From: a bacterium
GTDB taxonomy: Bacteria > Patescibacteriota > Minisyncoccia > Phycocordibacterales > Zambryskibacteraceae
Direction: 5' to 3'
DNA: 64,000 bases
Assembly: GCA_023266935.1 (NCBI GenBank)
Contig: JAHFOF010000001.1
Coordinates: 27 to 64,026 of the forward strand
The notes under the pieces were generated by a model. The model was not told where the DNA came from. It saw only the letters and a list, made by a program, of their open reading frames with translations, and did no database searches. Below, in pieces: positions 9,826 through 18,535 of this stretch. Every line of letters starts with the position of its first letter. Position 1 is the stretch's first letter. Made by a program: the position numbers and the translations under genes.

Positions 9826-10449
9826 CTAGGCAGCGATGTCCTCGAGTTCCTTGGACAGGTCCTCAGCGAAACCTTCGTCCATCACCTGCTCCTGCAGAGC
9901 GACGACTTGCTTGACCTCGCTCTGAAGAGCAATGAGGTACTGATTGATCTCGTTGTAAGCCACAACGAGATCCTCGTAGGTGGCGTTCGACTTCGGGTCC
10001 AGAAGGTCGCGAAGCCGTGTCTGCAGAGAGAAAATCTCGTCGGCCTTGGCTTCCAGCACCTCCGGTGCCGTTTTTCGGATCACTTGCATCACGTTGTCCT
10101 GATGATCAAAGGTTCCTGAAAGGAACCCCTCGAACTTGTCATACAGCTCATCCGTGATGCTCTGCGCCATAGAAATGACGCGAAGGATCTGGCCGTCATC
10201 TGTCTTCTGCTTCGCTCGGACCTTGTCCACCTGCGCATTGCAGAACAGAACGAGCCTCTTGATGCTGTTGTCGGGGCCAGAGGGAAGCCGGAACCCGCCG
10301 AGCAACTTCAAGATGCCAAGGATGTACTTCATGTTCTTGATCGCGACGACGAGTTGCGCAAGCGGACGATCTTCCGGCTTTGGCTTGGACGTCTTTCCCC
10401 TACGGGTGATCCTTGCCTTCTTCTGATGTTTCTGCGCACTCGGGGTCAT
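9826..10449 (-). CDS. hypothetical protein; GC-rich; lysine-rich N-terminal tail and C-terminal coiled-coil
   Basis: 207-aa ORF; strong AGGAGG Shine-Dalgarno 5 nt before the ATG; GC ~58%. Confidence 0.6.
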   Translation of the reverse strand: MTPSAQKHQKKARITRRGKTSKPKPEDRPLAQLVVAIKNMKYILGILKLLGGFRLPSGPDNSIKRLVLFCNAQVDKVRAKQKTDDGQILRVISMAQSITDELYDKFEGFLSGTFDHQDNVMQVIRKTAPEVLEAKADEIFSLQTRLRDLLDPKSNATYEDLVVAYNEINQYLIALQSEVKQVVALQEQVMDEGFAEDLSKELEDIAA

Positions 10450-10506
10450 GATGCCCTCCTGGGCAATGTGTGTAGAGCGGTAGGCGTTTTTGCCTATCTA
10501 CTTACC

Positions 10507-10535
10507 ACGCTAGCACACTTGATGTAAAATGTCAA
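10507..10535 (-). promoter_or_regulatory. promoter/operator, copy 2 of duplicated element
   Basis: Minus strand TTGACA-TTTTACATCAAGTGTGC-TAGCGT. Confidence 0.55.
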
Positions 10536-10552
10536 GCATTTTATTAGACACA

Positions 10553-10580
10553 GAAAAGGGCTCTGTTTAGAGCCCTTTTC
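10553..10580 (-). terminator. terminator after the membrane-protein gene
   Basis: GGGCTC-tgttta-GAGCCC hairpin flanked by A-run and T-run. Confidence 0.55.
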
Positions 10581-10615
10581 CAAACTAATTTGAGTATTAT
10601 CTAGCGAATACTCTC

Positions 10616-11305
10616 TTAATTCTTTCCACCCATTTCTCCACGAAGTCGTTCGATGAATCGGCCAGCTGCTTCCTGTCCCCCGAGACCAAATGAAAGGCCA
10701 AGAGCGAGAGAGATAGCAATCACTATACCAGTGAAGAGAGTTTGGCTGAATGCTGCTGCAATACCAAGCTGAGAAAGAGCGACGAGTACTGCGAAAATCC
10801 AAACTGCCCACTTGGCCAAAGTTCCTGCGAAATGCGCAGAACGAACTTCAGCAGTCTTTGCTGCAGTAACCACGATTCTTTCTGTGACATCACCCACAAC
10901 ACCTCCAACCAATAGGATGAGGGCTGCGACGATAACACGAGGAAGATACGCGATAACTACTTGTTGAAGGAAAAGGTTAACTTGTGTGAGGCCTAAGATA
11001 TCAAAGGCTGCCACAAGGAAAACCAATATCACAAACCACTTGACCAAACCACCGATGAAAGCACCTGAATCGAGATTTACTCCACCTCGTCTTAGGAAAC
11101 TCTCAAATCCTGCTCGGCGAAGTGCCTCGTCCACACGAAGTGAACGGAAAACTTGCCAGATTGCTCGGCCGAAGAGTGCACCGATAAGCCATCCGAGGAT
11201 GACGATGATAAGGGCGATAACAAGGTTCGGCACAAAGTTCACTACTCCCAACCAGAGATTCTGGAAAGAAAGAGTCAACACTTGTTGCCATGTGTTTAGA
11301 ATCAT
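10616..11305 (-). CDS. membrane protein with conserved TM-helix repeats (MscS-associated TM_helix type, no channel core)
   Basis: 229 aa; repeated hydrophobic helices with AxxLG/FG motifs resembling the pfam TM_helix repeat; no Shine-Dalgarno. Confidence 0.65.
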   Translation of the reverse strand: MILNTWQQVLTLSFQNLWLGVVNFVPNLVIALIIVILGWLIGALFGRAIWQVFRSLRVDEALRRAGFESFLRRGGVNLDSGAFIGGLVKWFVILVFLVAAFDILGLTQVNLFLQQVVIAYLPRVIVAALILLVGGVVGDVTERIVVTAAKTAEVRSAHFAGTLAKWAVWIFAVLVALSQLGIAAAFSQTLFTGIVIAISLALGLSFGLGGQEAAGRFIERLRGEMGGKN

Positions 11306-11428
11306 ATGTTCTTAACTGAAAAATACTTTAAGCTTTTAAATACCACTATATAGGGAACGTATTTATTATATACCTCTTTATTTCTAAAAAATGGCTTAAC
11401 CGTGTGGACTGTGGATAGAGAAACAAAT

Positions 11429-11989
11429 TTAAATGCCTAATTTATTGAGGATTTTGTGATTTTGAGAGTCTAGTATGTCTAAAATAAGCTTGTCATACAT
11501 CCCAAATCTATAGTGGAAATCTGCTGTTTCAAACGCGGCATAGCGAATCTCTTTACCTAATTCAGCTTCTATCCCTGAAATGGCTTTGGTAATCTTGGGT
11601 TTCTTCAAATGATCCCCTACTATTAAAAGATCCACTCGTGCTTCATTATCATGAAGAAAAATGCCTGAAACTAAAATAAGTTTTACTACTCCGACCTTTG
11701 CTAATCGTTTAACTATTTCTTTATCAGAAATGGGGCCTACATCAATTAGAAAATCTTGGAGAGGTTTAAGATGCGGATAATCTTTATTCAATGAATATCC
11801 TCGAGAACGCTTCTTTAAAAGTTTGGCTTTAATTAATTCGTTTAAACTTCTTCGAACAGTATTAGTTCTTTCTTTCGTACGATCAGTTACAGTTCTAAAC
11901 TCATAGGTGCTATCAGGATTAAAAACAAACATACGAATAATCTTCACCTTGGCCTCCCCTCCGAATATGCTAGATACTGATTTAGTCAT
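11429..11989 (-). CDS. hypothetical protein with N-terminal winged-helix (TrmB/MarR-like) domain
   Basis: 186 aa; N-terminal wHTH pattern; C-terminal domain unassigned. Confidence 0.55.
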   Translation of the reverse strand: MTKSVSSIFGGEAKVKIIRMFVFNPDSTYEFRTVTDRTKERTNTVRRSLNELIKAKLLKKRSRGYSLNKDYPHLKPLQDFLIDVGPISDKEIVKRLAKVGVVKLILVSGIFLHDNEARVDLLIVGDHLKKPKITKAISGIEAELGKEIRYAAFETADFHYRFGMYDKLILDILDSQNHKILNKLGI

Positions 11990-12008
11990 GCGCCCATTCT
12001 ACACTTAT

Positions 12009-12035
12009 AAAAAAGCAAAAACCACCCGAGGATGG
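12009..12035 (-). terminator. rho-independent terminator after rplL
   Basis: CCATCC-tc-GGGTGG hairpin followed by TTTTTGCTTTTTT on the minus strand. Confidence 0.6.
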
Positions 12036-12060
12036 CTTTGCTAATTCAACGATTTATGGC

Positions 12061-12450
12061 TTATTTTAATGTAACCTTCCCCCCTGCTTCCTCGATTTTC
12101 TTCTTGAGTTCTGCTGCTTCTTCTTTCTTCATGCCTGCCTTGAGCATCGAAGGAGCTGCATCGACGAGGTCCTTGGCTTCTTTCAAACCGAGTCCGAGGA
12201 CTTCCTTCACTACCTTGATGACTGCAATCTTCGCTGCTCCACCATCAGTAAGTTCAACATCTGCTGTTGACTTCTCATCCTCTGCTGGACCGGCTACTGC
12301 TGGGCCTGCGGCTGCAACAGCTGTAGCTGATACGCCGAATTTGTCTTCGAATACCTTGACCAATTCGTTTAACTCTAGGACGGACATCTCTTCGATTTCC
12401 TTCACTATCTTTTCGAATTTAGCTGGTACTGCTTTTGTTTCGTCTGACAT
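12061..12450 (-). CDS. rplL: 50S ribosomal protein L7/L12
   Basis: Ala/Gly-rich hinge; C-terminal domain [19 protein letters not shown]...GGKVTLK. Confidence 0.92.
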   Translation of the reverse strand: MSDETKAVPAKFEKIVKEIEEMSVLELNELVKVFEDKFGVSATAVAAAGPAVAGPAEDEKSTADVELTDGGAAKIAVIKVVKEVLGLGLKEAKDLVDAAPSMLKAGMKKEEAAELKKKIEEAGGKVTLK

Positions 12451-12461
12451 ATTTTTAATGA

Positions 12462-12950
12462 TTAATTTTTAGTTTGAGCAATCTGACTAAGCGCGACTGC
12501 GAAGCGCTGAATTGGAGAATTGATGATATTCACAAACTTACCTCGCAAAACTTCGAGCGTAGGAATGAGAGCGATGTCTTCCATCTCTCTCTTGGTCATG
12601 TATCGTCCTTCGAAAACTCCACCAAGAATGTTTAATCCTTCTGGAAATTTTTTCTGGAAACCATATACTCCGCGAGCTGGTGCAACGAGGTCTTCTGACC
12701 ATGCGACTGCGAGTTCGCCTGAGAGTTCGGGTTGTTCACCACCAAACTTTTCATCGGCGAGCACTCGTTTGGTCAAAGATTTCTTGGCCACAGTATATGA
12801 GACACCGTCACCCTTTAAGGCTCGGCGCATGGCTGAAGCTTCAGAAACTTTGAGTCCGTGGAAGTTCACGAAAACTAGAGACTTGGCTCCTTTGAGCGCG
12901 CTCTTTAGTTTATCTACAATTTCTCCTTTCTTGATTCGTGATATTGCCAT
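12462..12950 (-). CDS. rplJ: 50S ribosomal protein L10
   Basis: 162 aa L10 family; immediately upstream of rplL. Confidence 0.9.
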   Translation of the reverse strand: MAISRIKKGEIVDKLKSALKGAKSLVFVNFHGLKVSEASAMRRALKGDGVSYTVAKKSLTKRVLADEKFGGEQPELSGELAVAWSEDLVAPARGVYGFQKKFPEGLNILGGVFEGRYMTKREMEDIALIPTLEVLRGKFVNIINSPIQRFAVALSQIAQTKN

Positions 12951-13135
12951 CTGATAAATAGCTTCTAGCGACTAGGTTTTAGCTGCTAGCTTAACTAATA
13001 AAAAAACACCCCTGTAAGGCGCCGACAATGTAAAACATTGAGAGTTAGTCTCGGCAGGACCTCTTGGGTTTCCTAGAAGCTTAAAGCTTGTACCTAGAAA
13101 CTACCCACGCCTGCTGTCTTTGACCTTACCTGCAC
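12951..13135 (-). promoter_or_regulatory. putative rplJ leader (L10 autoregulatory region) with weak upstream promoter (TTGACA at 13159..13164)
   Basis: ~180-nt untranslated leader with CAATGT-aaa-ACATTG hairpin and a T-run; position equivalent to known L10 leaders. Confidence 0.35.
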
Positions 13136-13253
13136 CACTTTATAGAAAAACAGAATTTTGTCAATTATTTTTCAACCTTGATTTTTTCTACTAATACAGT
13201 TCCTTTATACATATTGTTTTCAAATTCGGTCTCTTGTTTAAGAACTTTGGTAG

Positions 13254-13281
13254 ATAAAAAACCCGACTTTCATGTCGGGTT
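13254..13281 (-). terminator. rho-independent terminator
   Basis: ACCCGAC-tttcat-GTCGGGT hairpin followed by a T-run on the minus strand, directly after the stop of ORF 13283..13564. Confidence 0.6.
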
Positions 13282-13282
13282 G

Positions 13283-13564
13283 TCAGCGCTCTTTCTTGAG
13301 TCTAGAGGCGTGGAGTTTTTTGGGAAGTAACCTGCACACATTGGCAACTCCAGAAATAGCCCACGGAACTGCCACAATGCGATTGGTCACAACCCACCGA
13401 ATATAGACTGGTGACATTCCCACCATCCGATCAAATACGTCACGGTTATTGTGCTGAACAATCCTCTCACGAATGACTTGGAGAATCAGAACATTCTCCC
13501 TCTCTGCGTCATTCAACACTGTGCCGAAGAAGTTATCTGTCAGCACTCTCTTACCTTTGAGCAT
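13283..13564 (-). CDS. hypothetical small protein (93 aa) between rplB and rplJ
   Basis: ORF bounded by a terminator; no recognisable family; could be non-coding. Confidence 0.3.
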   Translation of the reverse strand: MLKGKRVLTDNFFGTVLNDAERENVLILQVIRERIVQHNNRDVFDRMVGMSPVYIRWVVTNRIVAVPWAISGVANVCRLLPKKLHASRLKKER

Positions 13565-13623
13565 TAATCCCCCAGAAAGAAGTATCTATCCACATCCTAC
13601 ATTTAGGATTAAGTCTGTCAATC

Positions 13624-13647
13624 AAAAAACTCCTTCGGGAGTTTTTT
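13624..13647. terminator. hairpin after rplB
   Basis: AAAAAACTCC-ttcg-GGAGTTTTTT palindrome. Confidence 0.5.
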
Positions 13648-13674
13648 GATTTTACTTGTAGTAAGCTTGTCGAA

Positions 13675-14514
13675 CTATTTCTTGCCAACTTTTCTTCGGC
13701 GGACAATGTGTTTGTTTGAGTATTTCTTGCTTCGGCGAGATTTCTGACCCTTGCCTGTTGGCTTCCCATATACAGAAATAGCACGTCGGCGACCACGACC
13801 CTGACGACCTTCTCCTCCTCCGTGTGGGTGGTCTACTGGGTTCTGAGCTGTTCCTCGAACCGTTGGACGAACTCCAAGCCATCTGTTTCTTCCGGCTTTC
13901 CCAAGATTGATCAGTCTGTTTTCATCATTTGAAACTTCTCCAACAGAGGCCCACGCTGTTTCAAGAACCTTGCGAACTTCGGTTGAAGGCATTTTCAAAT
14001 CCACATAACCTCCATCTTTAGCAGAAACTTCTACATAATTTCCACCACTTCGAGCAATTTTCGCTCCGCCCTTTGGTTTGAGTTCCACATTATAAACAAA
14101 GGTTCCAACAGGAATATTTTTTAGAGGAAGGCGATTTCCGGCAGTCAAAGGTGCTGTTTCTGAAACTACATATGTATCTCCCACTCGGGCAGATTTATGA
14201 AGCAACACATAGCGTCTTTCACCATCTTTATAAGCGACCAAACCAATAAATCCACTTCTGTTTGGATCATATTCAACTGTTTTCACCGTGAAGGGCACAT
14301 TGATTTTGTTGTAAACGAAATCAATTTCACGAAAGAGTCGTTTGTGTCCACCTCCTTTGTGTCGAGTGGTGATTCGGCCTGTATTGTTTCGACCATTCGC
14401 TCGGCGAAAACCTTTGGTTAAAGATTTAGTAGGTTCATTTGTAGTGATGAACTTACTAAAATCAATCGATGAGTTCTGTCTCTGAGATGGTGATGTTGGT
14501 TTGTGTCGCTTCAT
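13675..14514 (-). CDS. rplB: 50S ribosomal protein L2
   Basis: 279 aa; conserved L2 C-terminal GGGEGRQ region. Confidence 0.95.
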   Translation of the reverse strand: MKRHKPTSPSQRQNSSIDFSKFITTNEPTKSLTKGFRRANGRNNTGRITTRHKGGGHKRLFREIDFVYNKINVPFTVKTVEYDPNRSGFIGLVAYKDGERRYVLLHKSARVGDTYVVSETAPLTAGNRLPLKNIPVGTFVYNVELKPKGGAKIARSGGNYVEVSAKDGGYVDLKMPSTEVRKVLETAWASVGEVSNDENRLINLGKAGRNRWLGVRPTVRGTAQNPVDHPHGGGEGRQGRGRRRAISVYGKPTGKGQKSRRSKKYSNKHIVRRRKVGKK

Positions 14515-14528
14515 ACAATTTATATTAT

Positions 14529-14822
14529 CTACATTACTTCAATTTTGTCTCCCTTTTTCAAGTAAACATAGGCTTTCTTGCCCCCGCCAGTAACACCGCT
14601 TTTACCTCGACGAAACACTTTTTTTGTTGGAATAGCCAATAGATGGACACGAATAGGAGTGACTTTGTATTGATCTCTAATCGAAGCAATAATCGATTTT
14701 TTTGTAGCTTCTTTGGTCACTTCAAACACATATGTGTTTTCTGCATTCGCTTTTAAAGCAGCCTTCTCGGTCACACGAGGTCGGAGGAGGACTGTTGGAT
14801 TTTTTAAATTAAGATTAGTCAT
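14529..14822 (-). CDS. rplW: 50S ribosomal protein L23
   Basis: 97 aa L23. Confidence 0.9.
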   Translation of the reverse strand: MTNLNLKNPTVLLRPRVTEKAALKANAENTYVFEVTKEATKKSIIASIRDQYKVTPIRVHLLAIPTKKVFRRGKSGVTGGGKKAYVYLKKGDKIEVM

Positions 14823-14847
14823 GATTATTTATAGTGAGCTCATCGAA

Positions 14848-15534
14848 CTATTTTGAAGTTTGGCCAGGCAACACTTTGAGCGAAGCTTCAGGATTTTCTA
14901 TTACCACATATTTATATTTGAGCAGAGCAAGAGGATGAAGGTTTCGAGCTTCGAGTACTTCATAATTCCCCAGGTTTGACATCGCTCTCTCTACTTCTTT
15001 ATTTTTATGGGCCAGAGCAACAATGGCTGAATTTCTTTTTTTAGAAAAAATATTTTCAAAACCTTTAATCTTTGATAGATCTACAAAAGTTTGCTTGGCA
15101 ATTTTTGTTTTTGGTTCAGAAAAATTAATTGAATCGATGAACAACACTTCTCCATCTCTGAATTTTCTAGAGAGGATAGTATAAAGTGCCTTGGCTTTCA
15201 TTGATTTTGAAACTTTGCGTTCAAAACTTTTTTCGTTCCTTGGCCCATGAGTGATACCTCCACCAACCCAAATAGGCGAACGACGAGAACCGTGTCTGGC
15301 TTGTCCGGTTCCTTTCTGTTGCCACGGCTTTTTGCCTCCTCCACGTACTTCTGCGCGGTTCTTCGTATGAGCAACGGCTTTTCTAATGCTCGAAGTAAGA
15401 GAGGTGGAAACCTGGTGAACCAAATCAGAATTCCAACGCAAGTTAAAAAGCTTTTCAGGAAGTTTGATGCTTCCACTTTCTTTTCCTTTTGTGCTGTAAA
15501 TTTTAGCTTCCATTTTATTTTGACTTGATTTCAA
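14848..15534 (-). CDS. rplD: 50S ribosomal protein L4
   Basis: 228 aa L4. Confidence 0.9.
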   Translation of the reverse strand: MKSSQNKMEAKIYSTKGKESGSIKLPEKLFNLRWNSDLVHQVSTSLTSSIRKAVAHTKNRAEVRGGGKKPWQQKGTGQARHGSRRSPIWVGGGITHGPRNEKSFERKVSKSMKAKALYTILSRKFRDGEVLFIDSINFSEPKTKIAKQTFVDLSKIKGFENIFSKKRNSAIVALAHKNKEVERAMSNLGNYEVLEARNLHPLALLKYKYVVIENPEASLKVLPGQTSK

Positions 15535-16147
15535 CCAAAGTTCCGCGTCGTCCAGGAACAGCTCCCATGATTAGAATTTCATTTGTTTCGGGCAGAATCT
15601 TCATGATCTTTAAATTCTTGAAGGTCACACGATCGTTACCCATTCGACCAGCCATGCGCATACCTTTAGCCACACGACCTCCAGCTCGCGCTCCTCCTCC
15701 AATAGATCCCGGTTCTCGTTCAGAGTGTTTTTGCCCGTGTGAACGACGACCTCCTCCGAAACCATGTCGCTTCACTACTCCTTGGAAACCTCGACCTTTA
15801 GAGATAGCCGTCACAGTCACTTTCTCTCCTTCTTTAAAGATTGAAGAATCTATTACATCCCCCACATTCATTTCTGTATCTCTTTCATCCAATCTGTACT
15901 CTTTCATATGAGCAAACTTTTCGCCCTTCAGGTGTCCGGTCAAAGCTTTGTTGATGTTTTTTTCTTTCTTCTCACCGAATCCAATTTGATGTGCTTTATA
16001 ACCATCTCGAGTGATAGTTTTCACTTGAGTAATCTTCGAAGGAGTAGCCGAGAGGACAGTCACAGCGAAAGACTTCCCGACTTCGTCGAAAATTTGGGTC
16101 ATATTCACTTTTTTAGCAAGAAGAAATTTCATTTGTTTCATCGGCAA
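15515..16147 (-). CDS. rplC: 50S ribosomal protein L3
   Basis: 210 aa L3. Confidence 0.9.
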   Translation of the reverse strand: MPMKQMKFLLAKKVNMTQIFDEVGKSFAVTVLSATPSKITQVKTITRDGYKAHQIGFGEKKEKNINKALTGHLKGEKFAHMKEYRLDERDTEMNVGDVIDSSIFKEGEKVTVTAISKGRGFQGVVKRHGFGGGRRSHGQKHSEREPGSIGGGARAGGRVAKGMRMAGRMGNDRVTFKNLKIMKILPETNEILIMGAVPGRRGTLVEIKSK

Positions 16148-16165
16148 TGAACCGACAGTTCGAAC

Positions 16166-16564
16166 TTAAACTAACTTCACATCAATGTTCACGCCCGAAG
16201 GCAAAGACAAGTTTGTGAGAGCTTCGATAATCTTTGGTGTGGGATTAATGATATCGATCAACCTGTTGTGGATTCGCATCTCAAATTGTTCTCGCGCATT
16301 TTTGTAGACGAATGCCGCACGGTTCACCGTATATTTCTTAATCGCAGTGGGCAAAGGAATCGGCCCTTGAATCTGCGCATCATAGCGCAGAGCAGTGTCG
16401 ATAATTTGCTTCACCGAAAGATCGAGTATCTTTGACTCGTAGGCACGAACACGGATGCGGAGTAACGATGTCTCCACTTCGGCTGATGCTTTAGGTTTAG
16501 ATACTTTTTTTACCTTTTCTCCTTCAATTTTAGGAGTTTTGGTTTTTGTGGCAATTTTGGCCAT
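16166..16564 (-). CDS. rpsJ: 30S ribosomal protein S10 (N-terminal basic extension)
   Basis: S10 core follows a ~30-aa lysine-rich extension. Confidence 0.9.
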   Translation of the reverse strand: MAKIATKTKTPKIEGEKVKKVSKPKASAEVETSLLRIRVRAYESKILDLSVKQIIDTALRYDAQIQGPIPLPTAIKKYTVNRAAFVYKNAREQFEMRIHNRLIDIINPTPKIIEALTNLSLPSGVNIDVKLV

Positions 16565-16591
16565 TGTAAGGTACTTCGGTTTAATTAGATC

Positions 16592-17785
16592 TTATTTGAC
16601 GATCTTGGTAACCACACCCGCACCCACAGTCTTGCCTCCTTCACGGATAGCGAAGCGCTGTTGGTCTTCGAGAGCAACTGGGGCTACAAGCTTCACTTGG
16701 AAAGTGACTGTGTCTCCTGGCATAACCATCTCTACTCCTGCAGCCAAAGTTACTTCTCCAGTCACATCTGTTGTTCGGATATAGAACTGTGGTTTATATC
16801 CAGTGAAGAATGGGGTGTGTCGACCACCTTCCTCTTTTTTAAGAATATAGACTTCAGCTGTGAATTCAGTATGAGGAGTAACTGAACCGGTCTTGGCAAT
16901 AACCTGACCTCGGTGGAGGTCTTCTTTCTTCGCACCGCGAAGAAGAATACCTGCATTGTCTCCTGCTTGACCTTCTTGAAGGTTCTTGTTGAACATTTCA
17001 ATACCAGTCACCACTGTCTTCGAAGTGTCTTTGATACCAACGATTTCTACTTCTTCACCAACCTTTACTCGACCTCTTTCGATACGGCCAGTAACCACAG
17101 TTCCTCGACCTTCGATTGAGAAGATGTCTTCAATCGGCATGAGGAATGGTTTGTCCAAATCTCGAACTGGAATTGGGAAATAAGTATCGAGAGCATTAAC
17201 CAAATCAAGAATCTTCATTGACCATTCGTCTGTGTTGTCCTTGGCTTCAAGAGCTTTGAGAGCTGAACCTCGGATAACTGGAGCATTTTCTCCATCGAAT
17301 TCGTATTTCTTTAGAAGATCACGAACTTCTTCTTCAACAAGGTCGATGAGTTCTTTATCAGGAACCATGTCACATTTGTTGAGGAAAACAATAATCTTTG
17401 GTACTCCAACCTGCTTTGCAAGAAGGATGTGTTCACGAGTTTGAGGCATCACTCCGTCTGTAGCTGCAACCACGAGGATAGCACCGTCCATTTGAGCGGC
17501 ACCAGTAATCATGTTTTTGATGTAGTCAGCGTGTCCAGGAGCGTCTACGTGTGCGTAGTGTCTTGTGTCTGAATTGTATTCAGAGTGAGAAAGGGAGATA
17601 GTAATACCTCGGGCCTTTTCTTCAGGTGTCTTATCTATATCATCCACGCTCTTAACCGTCGCTTCCTTGCCTGCGCGGTGAAGCACATTCAAAATTGCTG
17701 CGGTGAGAGTCGTCTTGCCGTGGTCAACGTGTCCGATGGTACCAACGTTGATGTGTGGCTTTGTACGATTAAATTCTCCTGCCAT
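16592..17785 (-). CDS. tuf: elongation factor Tu
   Basis: [14 protein letters not shown] and NKCD GTPase motifs; 397 aa. Confidence 0.97.
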   Translation of the reverse strand: MAGEFNRTKPHINVGTIGHVDHGKTTLTAAILNVLHRAGKEATVKSVDDIDKTPEEKARGITISLSHSEYNSDTRHYAHVDAPGHADYIKNMITGAAQMDGAILVVAATDGVMPQTREHILLAKQVGVPKIIVFLNKCDMVPDKELIDLVEEEVRDLLKKYEFDGENAPVIRGSALKALEAKDNTDEWSMKILDLVNALDTYFPIPVRDLDKPFLMPIEDIFSIEGRGTVVTGRIERGRVKVGEEVEIVGIKDTSKTVVTGIEMFNKNLQEGQAGDNAGILLRGAKKEDLHRGQVIAKTGSVTPHTEFTAEVYILKKEEGGRHTPFFTGYKPQFYIRTTDVTGEVTLAAGVEMVMPGDTVTFQVKLVAPVALEDQQRFAIREGGKTVGAGVVTKIVK

Positions 17786-17964
17786 AAAATTAGTAAATTA
17801 TTGTATTTAATTAAGTAATGTAAGTTTTGAAGCGAAGGGAGCGCGCGAGAACGGCTCTCTTCGACTCAGAACGGAAATTCTGCGAAAAGTGTTGTGTTTA
17901 TTGGATTTTTTAGATTTTTAGACTAAAAAAGGCCGAACAAAAATGCACCTAACGCGTAGGCACT

Positions 17965-17993
17965 ATCTTACGCAAAAGAGTGAAAATAGTCAA
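17965..17993 (-). promoter_or_regulatory. sigma70-like promoter upstream of tuf (leader ~180 nt with hairpin)
   Basis: Minus strand TTGACT, 17 nt, TAAGAT. Confidence 0.5.
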
Positions 17994-18010
17994 CTAGTAA
18001 GCCCTTATAA

Positions 18011-18045
18011 AAAGAAAAACCCGACTACCATTTGGTGTCGGGGTT
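18011..18045 (-). terminator. terminator of the ncRNA
   Basis: CCCGAC-accaaatggta-GTCGGG hairpin followed by TTTTTCTTTTTAT on the minus strand. Confidence 0.6.
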
Positions 18046-18420
18046 GCTTTGAAGCAAATGATTGAAACGAAAGAGCTCGCGTGAGCCCGGGGCGGCGACG
18101 GGTTGCGTACCGTCTACCGCGCCCGAGTCACGCTCCCGCGATGTGCCAAGCGCTTGGCCGACAACCACGGGGGTCGTACCAATGCCCTCTTGATTTTCGC
18201 TTTCTGCCTGGGGCCCGGGCTAAAGCTAGTTCCAATTTTTAACTACAATCACGAATGGGAGGTCTGGAACGAATGTTCCCTTTCCATCCGGCGGTACTGA
18301 TGCTTTTGGGGTTCTGCAGAACCCTACTAGGCTCCGCGATTCCTCTTTGGTTTGCTCCGCTTTTCTTTTGCTCGATGATCTTCGCTCAATTACACGGATG
18401 TCGAGCCACACCCGCTTCTA
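18046..18420 (-). ncRNA. unassigned structured, GC-rich non-coding RNA (~375-400 nt)
   Basis: Bounded by a TTGACA-16nt-TATTAT promoter (18427..18454) and a terminator (18011..18045), both on the minus strand; ~60% GC island in a 40% GC genome; no credible ORF. Confidence 0.45.
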
Positions 18421-18426
18421 TCTTCC

Positions 18427-18454
18427 ATAATACACCTTTCGGGTCTTTTGTCAA
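18427..18454 (-). promoter_or_regulatory. promoter of the ncRNA
   Basis: Minus strand TTGACA, 16-nt spacer, TATTAT. Confidence 0.55.
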
Positions 18455-18508
18455 GCGGTTTTATCATTTCATTTATCTAAATCCTAAAATACCCATAATT
18501 TTAGCCAT

Positions 18509-18533
18509 AAAAAAGCCCCGCGGGTGCGGGGTG
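18509..18533 (-). terminator. terminator after gene 18536..18826
   Basis: CCCCGC-accc-GCGGGG hairpin followed by CTTTTTT on the minus strand. Confidence 0.6.
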
Positions 18534-18535
18534 TA

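Noticed and set aside
9010-10449. The two GC-rich cassette proteins as additional DGR targets
   Set aside because: No segment resembles the TR (no Asn/Trp/Gly-rich C-terminal stretch, none of the invariant TR-end sequences), so their GC-richness is not explained by DGR targeting.
12951-13165. A strong sigma70 promoter for rplJ at TTGACA 13159..13164
   Set aside because: The best -10 candidates are TATAAA with a 14-nt spacer or TAAAAG with a 16-nt spacer. Neither is convincing, so this is reported only as a low-confidence leader/promoter region.
269-17183. Numerous plus-strand ORFs antisense to ribosomal-protein, EF-Tu, EF-G and secY genes in the 0-24 kb region (for example 269..646, 3009..3218, 15525..15911, 16455..16784, 19862..20245, 21233..21637)
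   Set aside because: They lie wholly inside well-supported minus-strand genes, have low-complexity composition, and have no start context. They are treated as spurious.
18046-18420. Calling the fusA-tuf ncRNA RNase P RNA outright
   Set aside because: Only a CR-I-like GAGGAA..CGCGGAGCC..UAGUAGGG stretch is seen. I cannot find the CR-II GGUAAGAGCGCACC block, the ACAGAA-CCGGCUUA 3' P4 strand, or a partner that pairs with the putative P4 5' strand. It is kept as an unassigned ncRNA.
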